From positions 13,946 to 77,945 of the IMG/VR virus record IMGVR_UViG_3300045988_119557: DNA of 64,000 bases. One strand, written 5' to 3'. The notes beneath the pieces were generated by a model. It did not search any database and was not told the DNA's origin. It saw only the letters and a list, made by a program, of their open reading frames with translations. The position numbers and the translations under genes were made by a program. Of this stretch, positions 1-7,650 are shown in pieces. Every line of letters starts with the position of its first letter. The first letter of the stretch is position 1. The DNA is from a virus.

Positions 1-535
1 ATTAGCGGTGGATTCCCTTGTCAAGACATCAGCATTGCTGGAAAAGGTGTCGGAATTGTCGGTGAACGAAGCGGATTATGGAATGAAATGTTCCGCATCA
101 TACGGGAAATTAGACCTAAATACATTATCATTGAAAACAGTCCTATGCTCTTGGTTCGAGGATTCGAACGAGTCTTATGCAACCTTTCCGAAATCGGGTA
201 TGATGCAGAATGGCAATGTTTATCGGGTACGGACTTTGGTATACAACAGGGTAGGGAGCGATTATATTGTATTGCCTACCCCCCACGAAATCGACAGCAA
301 ACGGAGCGTGCAAGAATCGGTATTTCGGAAGCCCTACCTATCGGGGCAATATACACGAGTATATCCGGGATGGAGAACAAGACAGTCAATACCCTCACCC
401 CGATTTGCTGGAAAGTCTAATGGGGTTCCCGATAGGATGGACAGAACGCATTGTATAGGAAATGCGGTACAACCCATAATTGCGCATTATTTATTTGAAT
501 GTATAAAAAGCCATCATTTCACTAAAAGACCATGA
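1..535 (+). pseudogene. C5 DNA cytosine methyltransferase, 3' part (5' end outside window), reading frame broken at least twice
   Basis: Frame 1 (1-420) has GGFPCQDIS (motif IV), IIIENSP (VI) and DFGIQQGRERLYCIAY (VIII). Motif IX LLESLMGFPIGWTE exists only in frame 3 (~402-446). Motif X IGNAVQP exists only in frame 2 (~449-535). The breaks map to a C4 run (398-401) and to 441-452. Confidence 0.6.
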
Positions 536-1884
536 CTGATAAACTACAAACCCTTATTGAAAAATACAATAATAATTACTATTTCAAACAAGACCCGATC
601 TCAATTGTAAAAAGATACAAAGAGCTAAGAGATATTGAAATAGCAGCTATTATCTGCTCTACATTAAGCTTCGGAAACAGACAGCAAATATATAAAGCAT
701 GTAAAAAGACAATGGATATGATGGGGACTTCGCCCTATAAATATCTAATGGATAGCAAGTATTTAGAATACAGAAATAGCGACGAATGTTGGTATCGTAT
801 GCTAAAGATGCGCGATTTTGCCATTTTATGTTTACGTTTAAAGAGTATATACGCAACATATAATTCAATGGAATTGCTACTCTTAAATAGTAATGATTAT
901 GTGGAGACTCTAACCAATGTTTTTTATGGCTGTAATGGAATCCCTAAAGATAATAAATCGGCGTGCAAGCGAATTTGTCTGTTATTAAGGTGGCTTGTTA
1001 GACGAGATGGTAAAGTTGATATTGGCATATGGAGGAATTTAGATCAAAGCAAACTACTATTACCTTTAGATGTACACAGCTTAAATACTTTACGCAAATT
1101 AGGCGTGTTAACGCGTAAAAGCAATGATATGAAAGCGGTAATAGAAGCTACTCAATGGGCTAAATCCTTTTACCCTAATGACCCTGCCATTTTAGATTTT
1201 TTCCTTTTTGGAGAATCTTACGAAAGAGCGCATCCAGAGGAATTTAAAGAGCCAGAAAGGATTCCTATGACAAATGACCAAATATTGCTTGTCGCTACAT
1301 ATATTGTTATTTATGTCAACGAATTAGCCAATGTATGCGTCATGGACATTAAGCCATCTATTACCAATAAGGACAAGGAGACTCAAAAGATTTATTTTGC
1401 AGCGCTTAAACGAGTTAAGGAGTATCAAAGTCGGATGGCTAAGATCGCAGGTGATAATGCAATAGGTATCTATGCTTCTTACTGTGACGCTCTCGACCAA
1501 GAAGTATTACCTGTTATCGAGAAGTATCGAATGTCCATTGAGAAATATCTTTGTGAGATAGAAGGGGTTGAAAATCCCTATTTCCTATCAATGGTTGAAT
1601 TAGCGCGAAGCATAACAAGTTATTCGGTTATTGCAATCTCAAAAAGAATAGCTGAATGTTTGAAGTTTGATGAAAATGCAGTAGCTTTGCGAGGATATAA
1701 ACAGTCCGAACTATTGAAGATCTTGGAAGAATTATGCAAATGGTGCTTTAGAAAAGCTTCTGATATAAATTACAATGAAAGTGAAGAATGCGTAAATGCC
1801 TATAGGGAATTTGACGCGATACTCACAAATCCGGATATTATTTCAACATGTATTATTAACGCTAACGAATTAGAAAACAAATGA
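532..1884 (+). CDS. DUF2400/TIGR02757-like (HhH-GPD glycosylase-like) N-domain fused to an unrecognised ~210-aa helical C-domain
   Basis: 450-aa ORF. The N-terminal ~235 aa show the family pattern as I recall it (DPISIVKRY..RDIEIAAIICSTLSFGNRQQI; LPLDVHSLNTLRKLGVL). The ATG overlaps the upstream stop (ATGA at 532-535). Confidence 0.55.
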   Translation: MTDKLQTLIEKYNNNYYFKQDPISIVKRYKELRDIEIAAIICSTLSFGNRQQIYKACKKTMDMMGTSPYKYLMDSKYLEYRNSDECWYRMLKMRDFAILCLRLKSIYATYNSMELLLLNSNDYVETLTNVFYGCNGIPKDNKSACKRICLLLRWLVRRDGKVDIGIWRNLDQSKLLLPLDVHSLNTLRKLGVLTRKSNDMKAVIEATQWAKSFYPNDPAILDFFLFGESYERAHPEEFKEPERIPMTNDQILLVATYIVIYVNELANVCVMDIKPSITNKDKETQKIYFAALKRVKEYQSRMAKIAGDNAIGIYASYCDALDQEVLPVIEKYRMSIEKYLCEIEGVENPYFLSMVELARSITSYSVIAISKRIAECLKFDENAVALRGYKQSELLKILEELCKWCFRKASDINYNESEECVNAYREFDAILTNPDIISTCIINANELENK

Positions 1885-2462
1885 AAGTAAAAATTAAGAA
1901 AATACATAAAGACGAATTGTGGGAATTTTATCCATTAGACAATAGATACCTTATATCAAATTACGGTAGAGTTTGGAGTACTATAAATAACAGGGAGCTT
2001 AAAAACAGTATAAATGGAGCAGGATATTTATGTTGTTTAGGAGAAAGTGTACATAGATTAGTGGCAGAAACATTTATCCCTAATGTGCATAATTATACAG
2101 AAGTAGACCATATTGATACAAATAGAAAAAATAATTTTGTTGGTAATCTAAAGTGGTGTAATCATCCCGAAAATTGCAAGAACCCCATAAGTATAAATAA
2201 AAGAAAATTAAAAGATGGTTTCCGAGTAAACTTAGGTGTAAGTTTTTCAGATGAGCATAAAAAGAAAATATCAGAAGCGCAAATCGGGAACAGAGGTATT
2301 CCAGTAATACAAATGTCATTAGATGGGGATTTTATTAAAGAGTATGTAAGCCTTAATCAAGCTGCGAAACAGAATAATATATCCAGGAGGAATATATCAA
2401 GATGTTGCAATGGAATTTACAGTCAGGCAAATGGTTATAAATGGATATATAAAAATAAATGA
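1881..2462 (+). CDS. HNH homing endonuclease (NUMOD4 + HNH + C-terminal NUMOD1/IENR1-like DNA-binding module)
   Basis: YLISNYGRVWS (NUMOD4), HRLVAETFIPN..VDHIDTNRKNNFVGNLKWCNHPEN (HNH) and a C-terminal ..NQAAKQNNISRRNISRCCNG..GYKW helix-turn-helix module. Confidence 0.85.
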   Translation: MKVKIKKIHKDELWEFYPLDNRYLISNYGRVWSTINNRELKNSINGAGYLCCLGESVHRLVAETFIPNVHNYTEVDHIDTNRKNNFVGNLKWCNHPENCKNPISINKRKLKDGFRVNLGVSFSDEHKKKISEAQIGNRGIPVIQMSLDGDFIKEYVSLNQAAKQNNISRRNISRCCNGIYSQANGYKWIYKNK

Positions 2463-2857
2463 TAATTTTTAGAACTATGGAATTAAAAGAGTATCAAAAT
2501 CAAGCAATGACTACTTGTATGCCAAGTAGTGAAAATTTTAGTTATATGTTCCTTAACCTTATTGGCGAAGTAGGAGAATTTGCGAGTAAGGTGTCAAAGC
2601 AAATTCGCAAAAGCAATATGAACATTGAGGATTCTCAATTAGCATTTACAACTAAAGCAGATATTAATGATTTAGATTGTTTTTATGAGGAATTACAGAA
2701 AGAGGCAGGAGATATTTTATGGCAGTTGAGTGGTCTATGCACCGTAATGGGTTGGTCTTTAGAAGATATTGCTCAAATTAACTTAGATAAACTTGCTTCT
2801 CGTAAGGCTATTGGAACGATAGACGGTAATGGAGATGGGATAATTAGGGGGAAATAA
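2459..2857 (+). CDS. MazG-like nucleoside triphosphate pyrophosphohydrolase
   Basis: LKEYQNQAMTT..LNLIGEVGEFASKVSK..EAGDILWQLSGLC..NLDKLASRK matches the all-alpha MazG signature. An alternative start is at 2477. Confidence 0.8.
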   Translation: MIIFRTMELKEYQNQAMTTCMPSSENFSYMFLNLIGEVGEFASKVSKQIRKSNMNIEDSQLAFTTKADINDLDCFYEELQKEAGDILWQLSGLCTVMGWSLEDIAQINLDKLASRKAIGTIDGNGDGIIRGK

Positions 2858-2911
2858 TATAGGAGTAAAACAGTATAGGCATGACACCAAAAATAGACTT
2901 TATCGAAGTGG

Positions 2912-3181
2912 ATGAGTTGGAAGAAAGAGAGAGAAATTGTAATGGATACGGAAGCACGGATGAGAAAATTAACCAATAAAGATATGAATAAGAAAGAAGT
3001 AATTAAAATGGCAAAGAAATACTCAAGTAAACGCCATATCCAAGATGGGTATTTAGCAGGGTTTCAGGCAGCGTGTAATATCATAAGGCAGAAATATCAA
3101 ACATGCTATAACGAGGATTTTTGCGATGCGATGGAAGAGCTCGCACAAGTTTCATATATGGATTTAGATATTGATGATTAA
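2912..3181 (+). CDS. hypothetical protein
   Basis: 89-aa ORF inside a same-strand gene string. No motif recognised and the start is uncertain. Confidence 0.4.
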   Translation: MSWKKEREIVMDTEARMRKLTNKDMNKKEVIKMAKKYSSKRHIQDGYLAGFQAACNIIRQKYQTCYNEDFCDAMEELAQVSYMDLDIDD

Positions 3182-3198
3182 CGTAAAACAATAAAGAA

Positions 3199-3426
3199 AT
3201 GAATATAAAAGAGGCGGTAAAAGACTATATAGAAGACTTCCCAGAGTGTTTTAGATTTAAAAGATCCGACGTTGCGGATGCCTTTGAAGCAGGTGCAGAA
3301 TGGCAAGCAAAGCAAGGAGATCTCGAATCCATGCTTAGGAAACTAAAGGGGAAAGCGTTAAAAGCTTTCCTCGAATGTGAAGGATACGATGAATTTGAAC
3401 GTGAAATTAATTCTTTGACAGAATGA
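3199..3426 (+). CDS. hypothetical protein
   Basis: 75-aa ORF. It shares the motif AFEAGAEWQAKQ with the N-terminus of the DUF551 protein at 54234-54563. Confidence 0.5.
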   Translation: MNIKEAVKDYIEDFPECFRFKRSDVADAFEAGAEWQAKQGDLESMLRKLKGKALKAFLECEGYDEFEREINSLTE

Positions 3427-3602
3427 GCAATACTGGGTACAAATACATTCATTTTAATAGAAGCAGTAAGAAGTTCCAAGTAAAAATATGGAATGGGGAT
3501 AGAAACATATATTTCAAAGAATGGAAAACATTGGAAGAAGCTATTAAAGTGAGAGAAGAGAAAATGAAAGAATTAGGATTAACTTTATATTTGGATAAAT
3601 AA
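3423..3602 (+). CDS. small AP2-like DNA-binding protein (59 aa, below the ORF-track cutoff)
   Basis: Hand translation: MSNTGYKYIHFNRSSKKFQVKIWNGDRNIYFKEWKTLEEAIKVREEKMKELGL. This fits the AP2-type pattern (G..Y..f....kkf...i..g.......f.t.eEA...). ATGA overlap with the upstream stop. Confidence 0.4.
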   Translation: MSNTGYKYIHFNRSSKKFQVKIWNGDRNIYFKEWKTLEEAIKVREEKMKELGLTLYLDK

Positions 3603-3603
3603 A

Positions 3604-3822
3604 ATGAAGATAGAAATAGATATTCCAGATCCTTTTATTTCGGATGAAAATAGTTATCTCTCCATTAGTGGCGATAATTTCGAATATTGCAGATTTGATA
3701 AAATTTATCGTGGTTTACAATGCAACCATGAAAAAGATTCTAAGGAATACTGTGTCCTTCAATCAAAATTAGATATTATATCTGATGAAATCATTAATTT
3801 AATAACAAATAAACTCTTATGA
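3604..3822 (+). CDS. hypothetical protein
   Basis: 72-aa ORF that starts 2 nt after the upstream stop. No motif recognised. Confidence 0.4.
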   Translation: MKIEIDIPDPFISDENSYLSISGDNFEYCRFDKIYRGLQCNHEKDSKEYCVLQSKLDIISDEIINLITNKLL

Positions 3823-3920
3823 AGTATTTTACGATTGAAGAGCTAACGCGCTCAACCACAGCAACGGCAAAAAGCAGGAAGAGAAAGAAAAAACAAGTTA
3901 TTCACAAGGGGAAGGCATAA
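3819..3920 (+). pseudogene. possible 5' remnant of a peptidase M15-type endolysin gene
   Basis: Hand translation: MKYFTIEELTRSTTA followed by AKSRKRKKKQVIHKGKA and a stop. The first 15 aa match the N-terminus I recall for Bacteroides phage M15 (VanY-like) peptidases. The metal-binding core is absent. Confidence 0.35.
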
Positions 3921-3937
3921 TACCCCTTAAAACATTT

Positions 3938-4714
3938 ATGAAAATGGAAAAGTTGAATATGAACCTGTTTGTGGAAAAATCAAACAATGTACATTCCAAT
4001 AAATATGATTACTCGAAAGTAAGCTATATAAACAATAAAACAAAAATTTGTATTATATGCCCGATTCATGGAGAGTTTTTTCAGACACCGAACTCTCACA
4101 TAACTGGTCATGGTTGTCCAAAGTGTAAATCATGTAATAATAAGAAACTTATTTTTGGGGTTGGTATAAATGATTTAAACGATTACATATTTTCTGACTA
4201 TAAGTTATCAAAATGTTATACCGTTTGGCATAGTATGCTTAGGAGATGTTATTCAAGCGTATATCAAAAACATAAGAAAAGTTATATAGGATGTAGCGTT
4301 TGTAGTGAATGGTTGTTTTTATCTAACTTTTATAAATGGTTTAATGAAAACCACGTGGACGGTTTTGAGCTTGATAAAGATATTCTATTTAAGGGTAATA
4401 AAATTTATAGTCCACAAACATGTAGTTTTATCCCTCGGAGGATAAACTGCTTATTAGTGTCATGTAAATCTAAAAGGGGTATTTATCCGATAGGAGTTAA
4501 GAGAAATGGAAAATTATACGAATCTTCATGCAAAATCAATGGGAAAGATGTGTATTTGGGATTGTTTAAAAATGCAAATGACGCTTTTTTAGCGTATAAA
4601 AAATTTAAAGAATCTTATATAAAGGAATTGGCTACAAGTTACTATAACAATGGTAATATTACAAAAGAGGTATATAACGCTTTGTTAAAATACGAAGTAG
4701 AAATAAATGATTAA
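3938..4714 (+). CDS. homing-endonuclease-like protein (N-terminal zinc-ribbon module, DUF723-like, plus C-terminal AP2-like domain)
   Basis: N-terminus FVEKSNNVHSNKYDYSKVSYINNKTKICIICPIHGEFFQTPNSHITGHGCPKC. C-terminus GVKRNGKLYESSCKINGKDVYLGLFKNANDAFLAYKKFKE. No catalytic nuclease motif was identified by eye. Confidence 0.5.
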   Translation: MKMEKLNMNLFVEKSNNVHSNKYDYSKVSYINNKTKICIICPIHGEFFQTPNSHITGHGCPKCKSCNNKKLIFGVGINDLNDYIFSDYKLSKCYTVWHSMLRRCYSSVYQKHKKSYIGCSVCSEWLFLSNFYKWFNENHVDGFELDKDILFKGNKIYSPQTCSFIPRRINCLLVSCKSKRGIYPIGVKRNGKLYESSCKINGKDVYLGLFKNANDAFLAYKKFKESYIKELATSYYNNGNITKEVYNALLKYEVEIND

Positions 4715-5177
4715 TATGGAATTAAAAGCAAAGAGAATTTTCAAAGGTAGTTTGTATACTATCAGCAAGTTATATGTAGATGGTGTTTACGAATGTGATG
4801 TGTTAGAGGATACCGATAGAGATCTTTCGGATAGCATGGATATATCAGAGATAAAGAAAGTGAAACAGTACGGAAAGACAGCTATTCCCACAGGAACGTA
4901 TGCCATTGATATGGATACTGTCAGCCCTAAATTCAAAGATCGTGGGTGGGCAAAGGTGTGTAGCGGTAAACTACCTCGACTCAGAAATGTAAAGGGTTTC
5001 GATGGCGTATTAATCCACGTAGGAAATAAATCGGAGGATACATTAGGATGCTTATTGACAGGATACAACAAAGTGAAGGGGCAAGTCGTAAACAGTACAG
5101 TCGCTTTCACTAAGTTATATGAAAAGATGAAAGAAGCGCATGAAAGAGGCGAATGTATTAACTTAACTATCGAATAA
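4707..5177 (+). CDS. DUF5675-like protein, possible cell-wall hydrolase
   Basis: TAIPTGTYAIDM..LPRLRNVKGFDGVLIHVGNKSEDTLGCLLTG. The His...Gly-Cys arrangement recalls YkuD-type catalytic sites. The function is an inference. Confidence 0.5.
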   Translation: MINMELKAKRIFKGSLYTISKLYVDGVYECDVLEDTDRDLSDSMDISEIKKVKQYGKTAIPTGTYAIDMDTVSPKFKDRGWAKVCSGKLPRLRNVKGFDGVLIHVGNKSEDTLGCLLTGYNKVKGQVVNSTVAFTKLYEKMKEAHERGECINLTIE

Positions 5178-5281
5178 CATGAGCGCGATTTTTCGTGGGT
5201 GCATGTATCTTACAATCCAAATAGACTAAGAAAGCAAGTGCTAAAAATGTGAAAAAACTTTAGTGTTTAGTTTTTAACTAC

Positions 5282-5289
5282 TATATTTG
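5282..5289 (+). promoter_or_regulatory. Bacteroides-type -7 promoter box
   Basis: TATATTTG matches TAnnTTTG. It lies in an intergenic region upstream of the 5398 gene. Confidence 0.45.
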
Positions 5290-5342
5290 CAGCGTCAGCC
5301 ACCACTGACACAAAAAGAAGAAATAGTTTTATCTATATATTA

Positions 5343-5385
5343 ATCGGGATTTAGATGCGTGGTGGCTCTATTTCCCGATTTTTTT
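5343..5385 (+). terminator. intrinsic terminator-like hairpin 13 nt before the ATG at 5398
   Basis: ATCGGGA (5343-5349) pairs with TCCCGAT (5373-5379), extended by 4 more bp after a 2-nt mismatch. T7 run at 5379-5385. Confidence 0.6.
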
Positions 5386-5397
5386 ATAAAAAGCAAT

Positions 5398-6120
5398 ATG
5401 AAAGAATTAGTATTTAAAGGAGAATCAAATCAAGTTTTAACGAACAGTCTGCTGGTGGCAGAAAAGTTTGGGAAAGAACACAAAAGAGTAATGCAGGATA
5501 TAAGAGAATTAAAATGCAGTAATCAATTTAAACAGCACAATTTCGTGCTTTCCTCTTATAAGAGTGAACAGAATCGAGAATTGCCTATGTATGTGATGAA
5601 TAAAGACGGATTTACTCTTTTAGTTATGGGATATACTGGTGAAATAGCTATGAAATTTAAGGAGGAATACATTAAGGCTTTCAATGAAATGGAGGAGATT
5701 ATAAAAAATGGAAGCTATTGTGTGCCTAAATCATTCCGTGAAGCTCTTTTACTTGCAGCCGAACAACAGGCTCAGATTGAACAACAGCAAATGCGTATTG
5801 AAGAGATGAAACCTAAAGAAGAGTTTTTTGATCAAGTAACAGATAGTAAGGACGCATGTGATATGGCAACAGTGGCTAAAGTACTAAACATGGGAGTTGG
5901 TAGAAACAAACTATTTGAAATATTGAGAGATAAGAAAGTCCTCCAAGAGAGAAACGCACCATACCAGTCTTACATAGATAGAGGATGGTTTAGAGTCATA
6001 GAAAGCAAATACACCAAGCCCAATGGAGACATGTGTGTAAACTACAAAACCATAGTTTATCAAAAAGGCATAGATGGTATCAGAAAGCTATTATCAGAAC
6101 TAAAGAATGCCGGGGAGTAA
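5398..6120 (+). CDS. Rha-family regulatory protein with C-terminal KilAC antirepressor domain
   Basis: SNQVLTNSLLVAEKFGKEHKRVMQDIREL (Rha N-domain). C-terminus FFDQVTDSKDACDMATVAKVL..GRNKLFEILRDKKVL..YIDRGWFRV (KilAC). The start is placed downstream of the promoter/terminator unit. Confidence 0.8.
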   Translation: MKELVFKGESNQVLTNSLLVAEKFGKEHKRVMQDIRELKCSNQFKQHNFVLSSYKSEQNRELPMYVMNKDGFTLLVMGYTGEIAMKFKEEYIKAFNEMEEIIKNGSYCVPKSFREALLLAAEQQAQIEQQQMRIEEMKPKEEFFDQVTDSKDACDMATVAKVLNMGVGRNKLFEILRDKKVLQERNAPYQSYIDRGWFRVIESKYTKPNGDMCVNYKTIVYQKGIDGIRKLLSELKNAGE

Positions 6121-6126
6121 TACTCC

Positions 6127-6309
6127 CTATTCTTTTAATCTTTTTAATTCCTCAATTCTAAACAGAAGAAAGCCTTTTATCTTCTCAAATTCAAACTGTG
6201 GCATTTCACACATTAATTGATTTATAACAGAGTCTATTTCATACTTCTTGCGTAAAATCGCAAGCTTTACAGAGTCATATTTTACCTTGTTTAGCTTCAT
6301 GGATTTCAT
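6127..6309 (-). CDS. hypothetical protein
   Basis: 60-aa ORF, last gene of the minus-strand cassette. No motif recognised. Confidence 0.35.
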   Translation of the reverse strand: MKSMKLNKVKYDSVKLAILRKKYEIDSVINQLMCEMPQFEFEKIKGFLLFRIEELKRLKE

Positions 6310-6460
6310 TTTTTAACAAGTTATTAATCTTTTCTTCTGTGAATCCGAATTTCCCGGCAAAAGATAGGAAATTCTTCTTATTCTTTATTGGTATTAATGA
6401 AAATAGTGAATTAATAGGAGTATCACTTTCAATGGCTTTTTTAATTTCTTTTTTATTCAT
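6275..6460 (-). CDS. hypothetical protein
   Basis: ORF trimmed to MNKKEIKKAIE. Its ATG overlaps the upstream stop (ATGA at 6457-6460). Confidence 0.35.
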   Translation of the reverse strand: MNKKEIKKAIESDTPINSLFSLIPIKNKKNFLSFAGKFGFTEEKINNLLKNEIHEAKQGKI

Positions 6461-6879
6461 AATAATTGTTTTTTGTTTTTGCAACAATCACATAAATATT
6501 TCTTTGCCGAATCCCATGTCTTATCTATGATGTAATCACCTAAATATTGTATTTCCTCGCCATGAGGGCTTATATCATAAGTAAGGCATATATGGTCTGC
6601 TAAGTGTCCTGATTCATGAGACCAAGTTTTTTCAAACTCTTTTGCACTGCTCGTTCTACCTATAACAATTACACTTTTATGCGCTAAGTGATTAGAAAAT
6701 GTGAGTCCGTTATTATATCCACATGTAGTTAGATTTTTATAAGCTCTTTTAAGAGACTCCTCTCCACATTCGATATATTCTAATTCCTCTATTACATCTT
6801 CAAAATATTTGCAAGTATAATCATAAAAGATAGTGACAGTCCAATCGTATTTATATAAATATATTGTTTCTATTTCCAT
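6457..6879 (-). CDS. small HExxH protein (putative zinc metallopeptidase-like)
   Basis: WSHESGHLADH contains HExxH, and the C-terminus is Cys-rich (YLCDCC). It is a paralogue of the broken gene at 50181-50538. Confidence 0.5.
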   Translation of the reverse strand: MEIETIYLYKYDWTVTIFYDYTCKYFEDVIEELEYIECGEESLKRAYKNLTTCGYNNGLTFSNHLAHKSVIVIGRTSSAKEFEKTWSHESGHLADHICLTYDISPHGEEIQYLGDYIIDKTWDSAKKYLCDCCKNKKQLL

Positions 6880-6913
6880 AATATTTAAAAAGGCACATTT
6901 TAAGTGCCTAAAA

Positions 6914-7324
6914 TTAAAGCATATCTTCCCAATTAATGGCTATTCCAAAACCATACATGTCTGCTAAAAAGTGCCTAAAAGCTTTTTCTGTAGATGGATA
7001 ATCAGGGTCATCAATATACGCTTTAATAAATTTAGCCAGCTGATCTTCGGAGCTTATTACTGTACCCCAATAATCTGCTTTAGCCATGTGTAGAACATAC
7101 AACCCATTATAACCATTATCTTTTTCAAGTTCAATGCCATACAGTTTAAGCAATTCATCATACTTTTCTTTCGGTATTGGTGTGATTTTCCCTTCTTTAG
7201 TTTTCATCATAGATACTGCAAAATCACACATTTTTTTAGAAAAGTTGAATCCATAATTTTGTAGATAAATCCGCATATCTTCCGGGATATTATCATATAA
7301 ATCAAAACTTGCTCCTTTTTTCAT
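6914..7324 (-). CDS. hypothetical protein
   Basis: 136-aa ORF in the minus-strand cassette. No motif recognised. Confidence 0.5.
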   Translation of the reverse strand: MKKGASFDLYDNIPEDMRIYLQNYGFNFSKKMCDFAVSMMKTKEGKITPIPKEKYDELLKLYGIELEKDNGYNGLYVLHMAKADYWGTVISSEDQLAKFIKAYIDDPDYPSTEKAFRHFLADMYGFGIAINWEDML

Positions 7325-7370
7325 ATCTTTTAGTATTAAAGGGGGACTATTATATCCCCCTTAGTTTATA

Positions 7371-7643
7371 TTAGCGACGACGACCACGACCAGAGCCTCT
7401 TACACCTCTGCGCTCTCCCATCATTTCGTCATCATCGTATTCATCGTATCTATTCCCGTAAGAACCACCACGACTACCACCACCATAAGAACCGCCTTGT
7501 CCGCTACGTTCTCCCATTGATTCCATTTCGTCCCAAAGGGTTTCGAAATCTTCTTTTAGGCATTCAAGACTCTCTTTGAAGTCCTTAAAGGCTTTTCCTA
7601 ATCCACCTTTTCTTTCGCCTTCCATTATTTCAATCATTCCCAT
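7371..7643 (-). CDS. small protein with acidic helical N-half and Gly/Arg/Tyr-rich disordered C-half
   Basis: ..DFETLWDEMESMGERSGQGGSYGGGSRGGSYGNRYDEYDDDEMMGERRGVRGSGRGRRR. No family recognised. Confidence 0.5.
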   Translation of the reverse strand: MGMIEIMEGERKGGLGKAFKDFKESLECLKEDFETLWDEMESMGERSGQGGSYGGGSRGGSYGNRYDEYDDDEMMGERRGVRGSGRGRRR

Positions 7644-7650
7644 AATATTA

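Noticed and set aside
153-172. GGTTCGAGGATTCGAACGAG resembles a tRNA T-arm.
   Set aside because: It lies inside the methyltransferase coding frame, and no acceptor or anticodon arms can be built around it. I found no tRNA elsewhere by eye, though a proper tRNA scan was not possible.
8-535. The 175-aa frame-2 ORF contains FPKSGMMQNG and LPTP, which resemble motifs seen in the variable regions of some cytosine methyltransferases.
   Set aside because: The same nucleotides in frame 1 encode the unmistakable motif VIII block (LSEIGYDAEWQCLSGTDFGIQQGRERLY). The frame-2 motifs are therefore by-products. Only the last ~29 codons of this ORF (IGNAVQP..) look genuinely coding.
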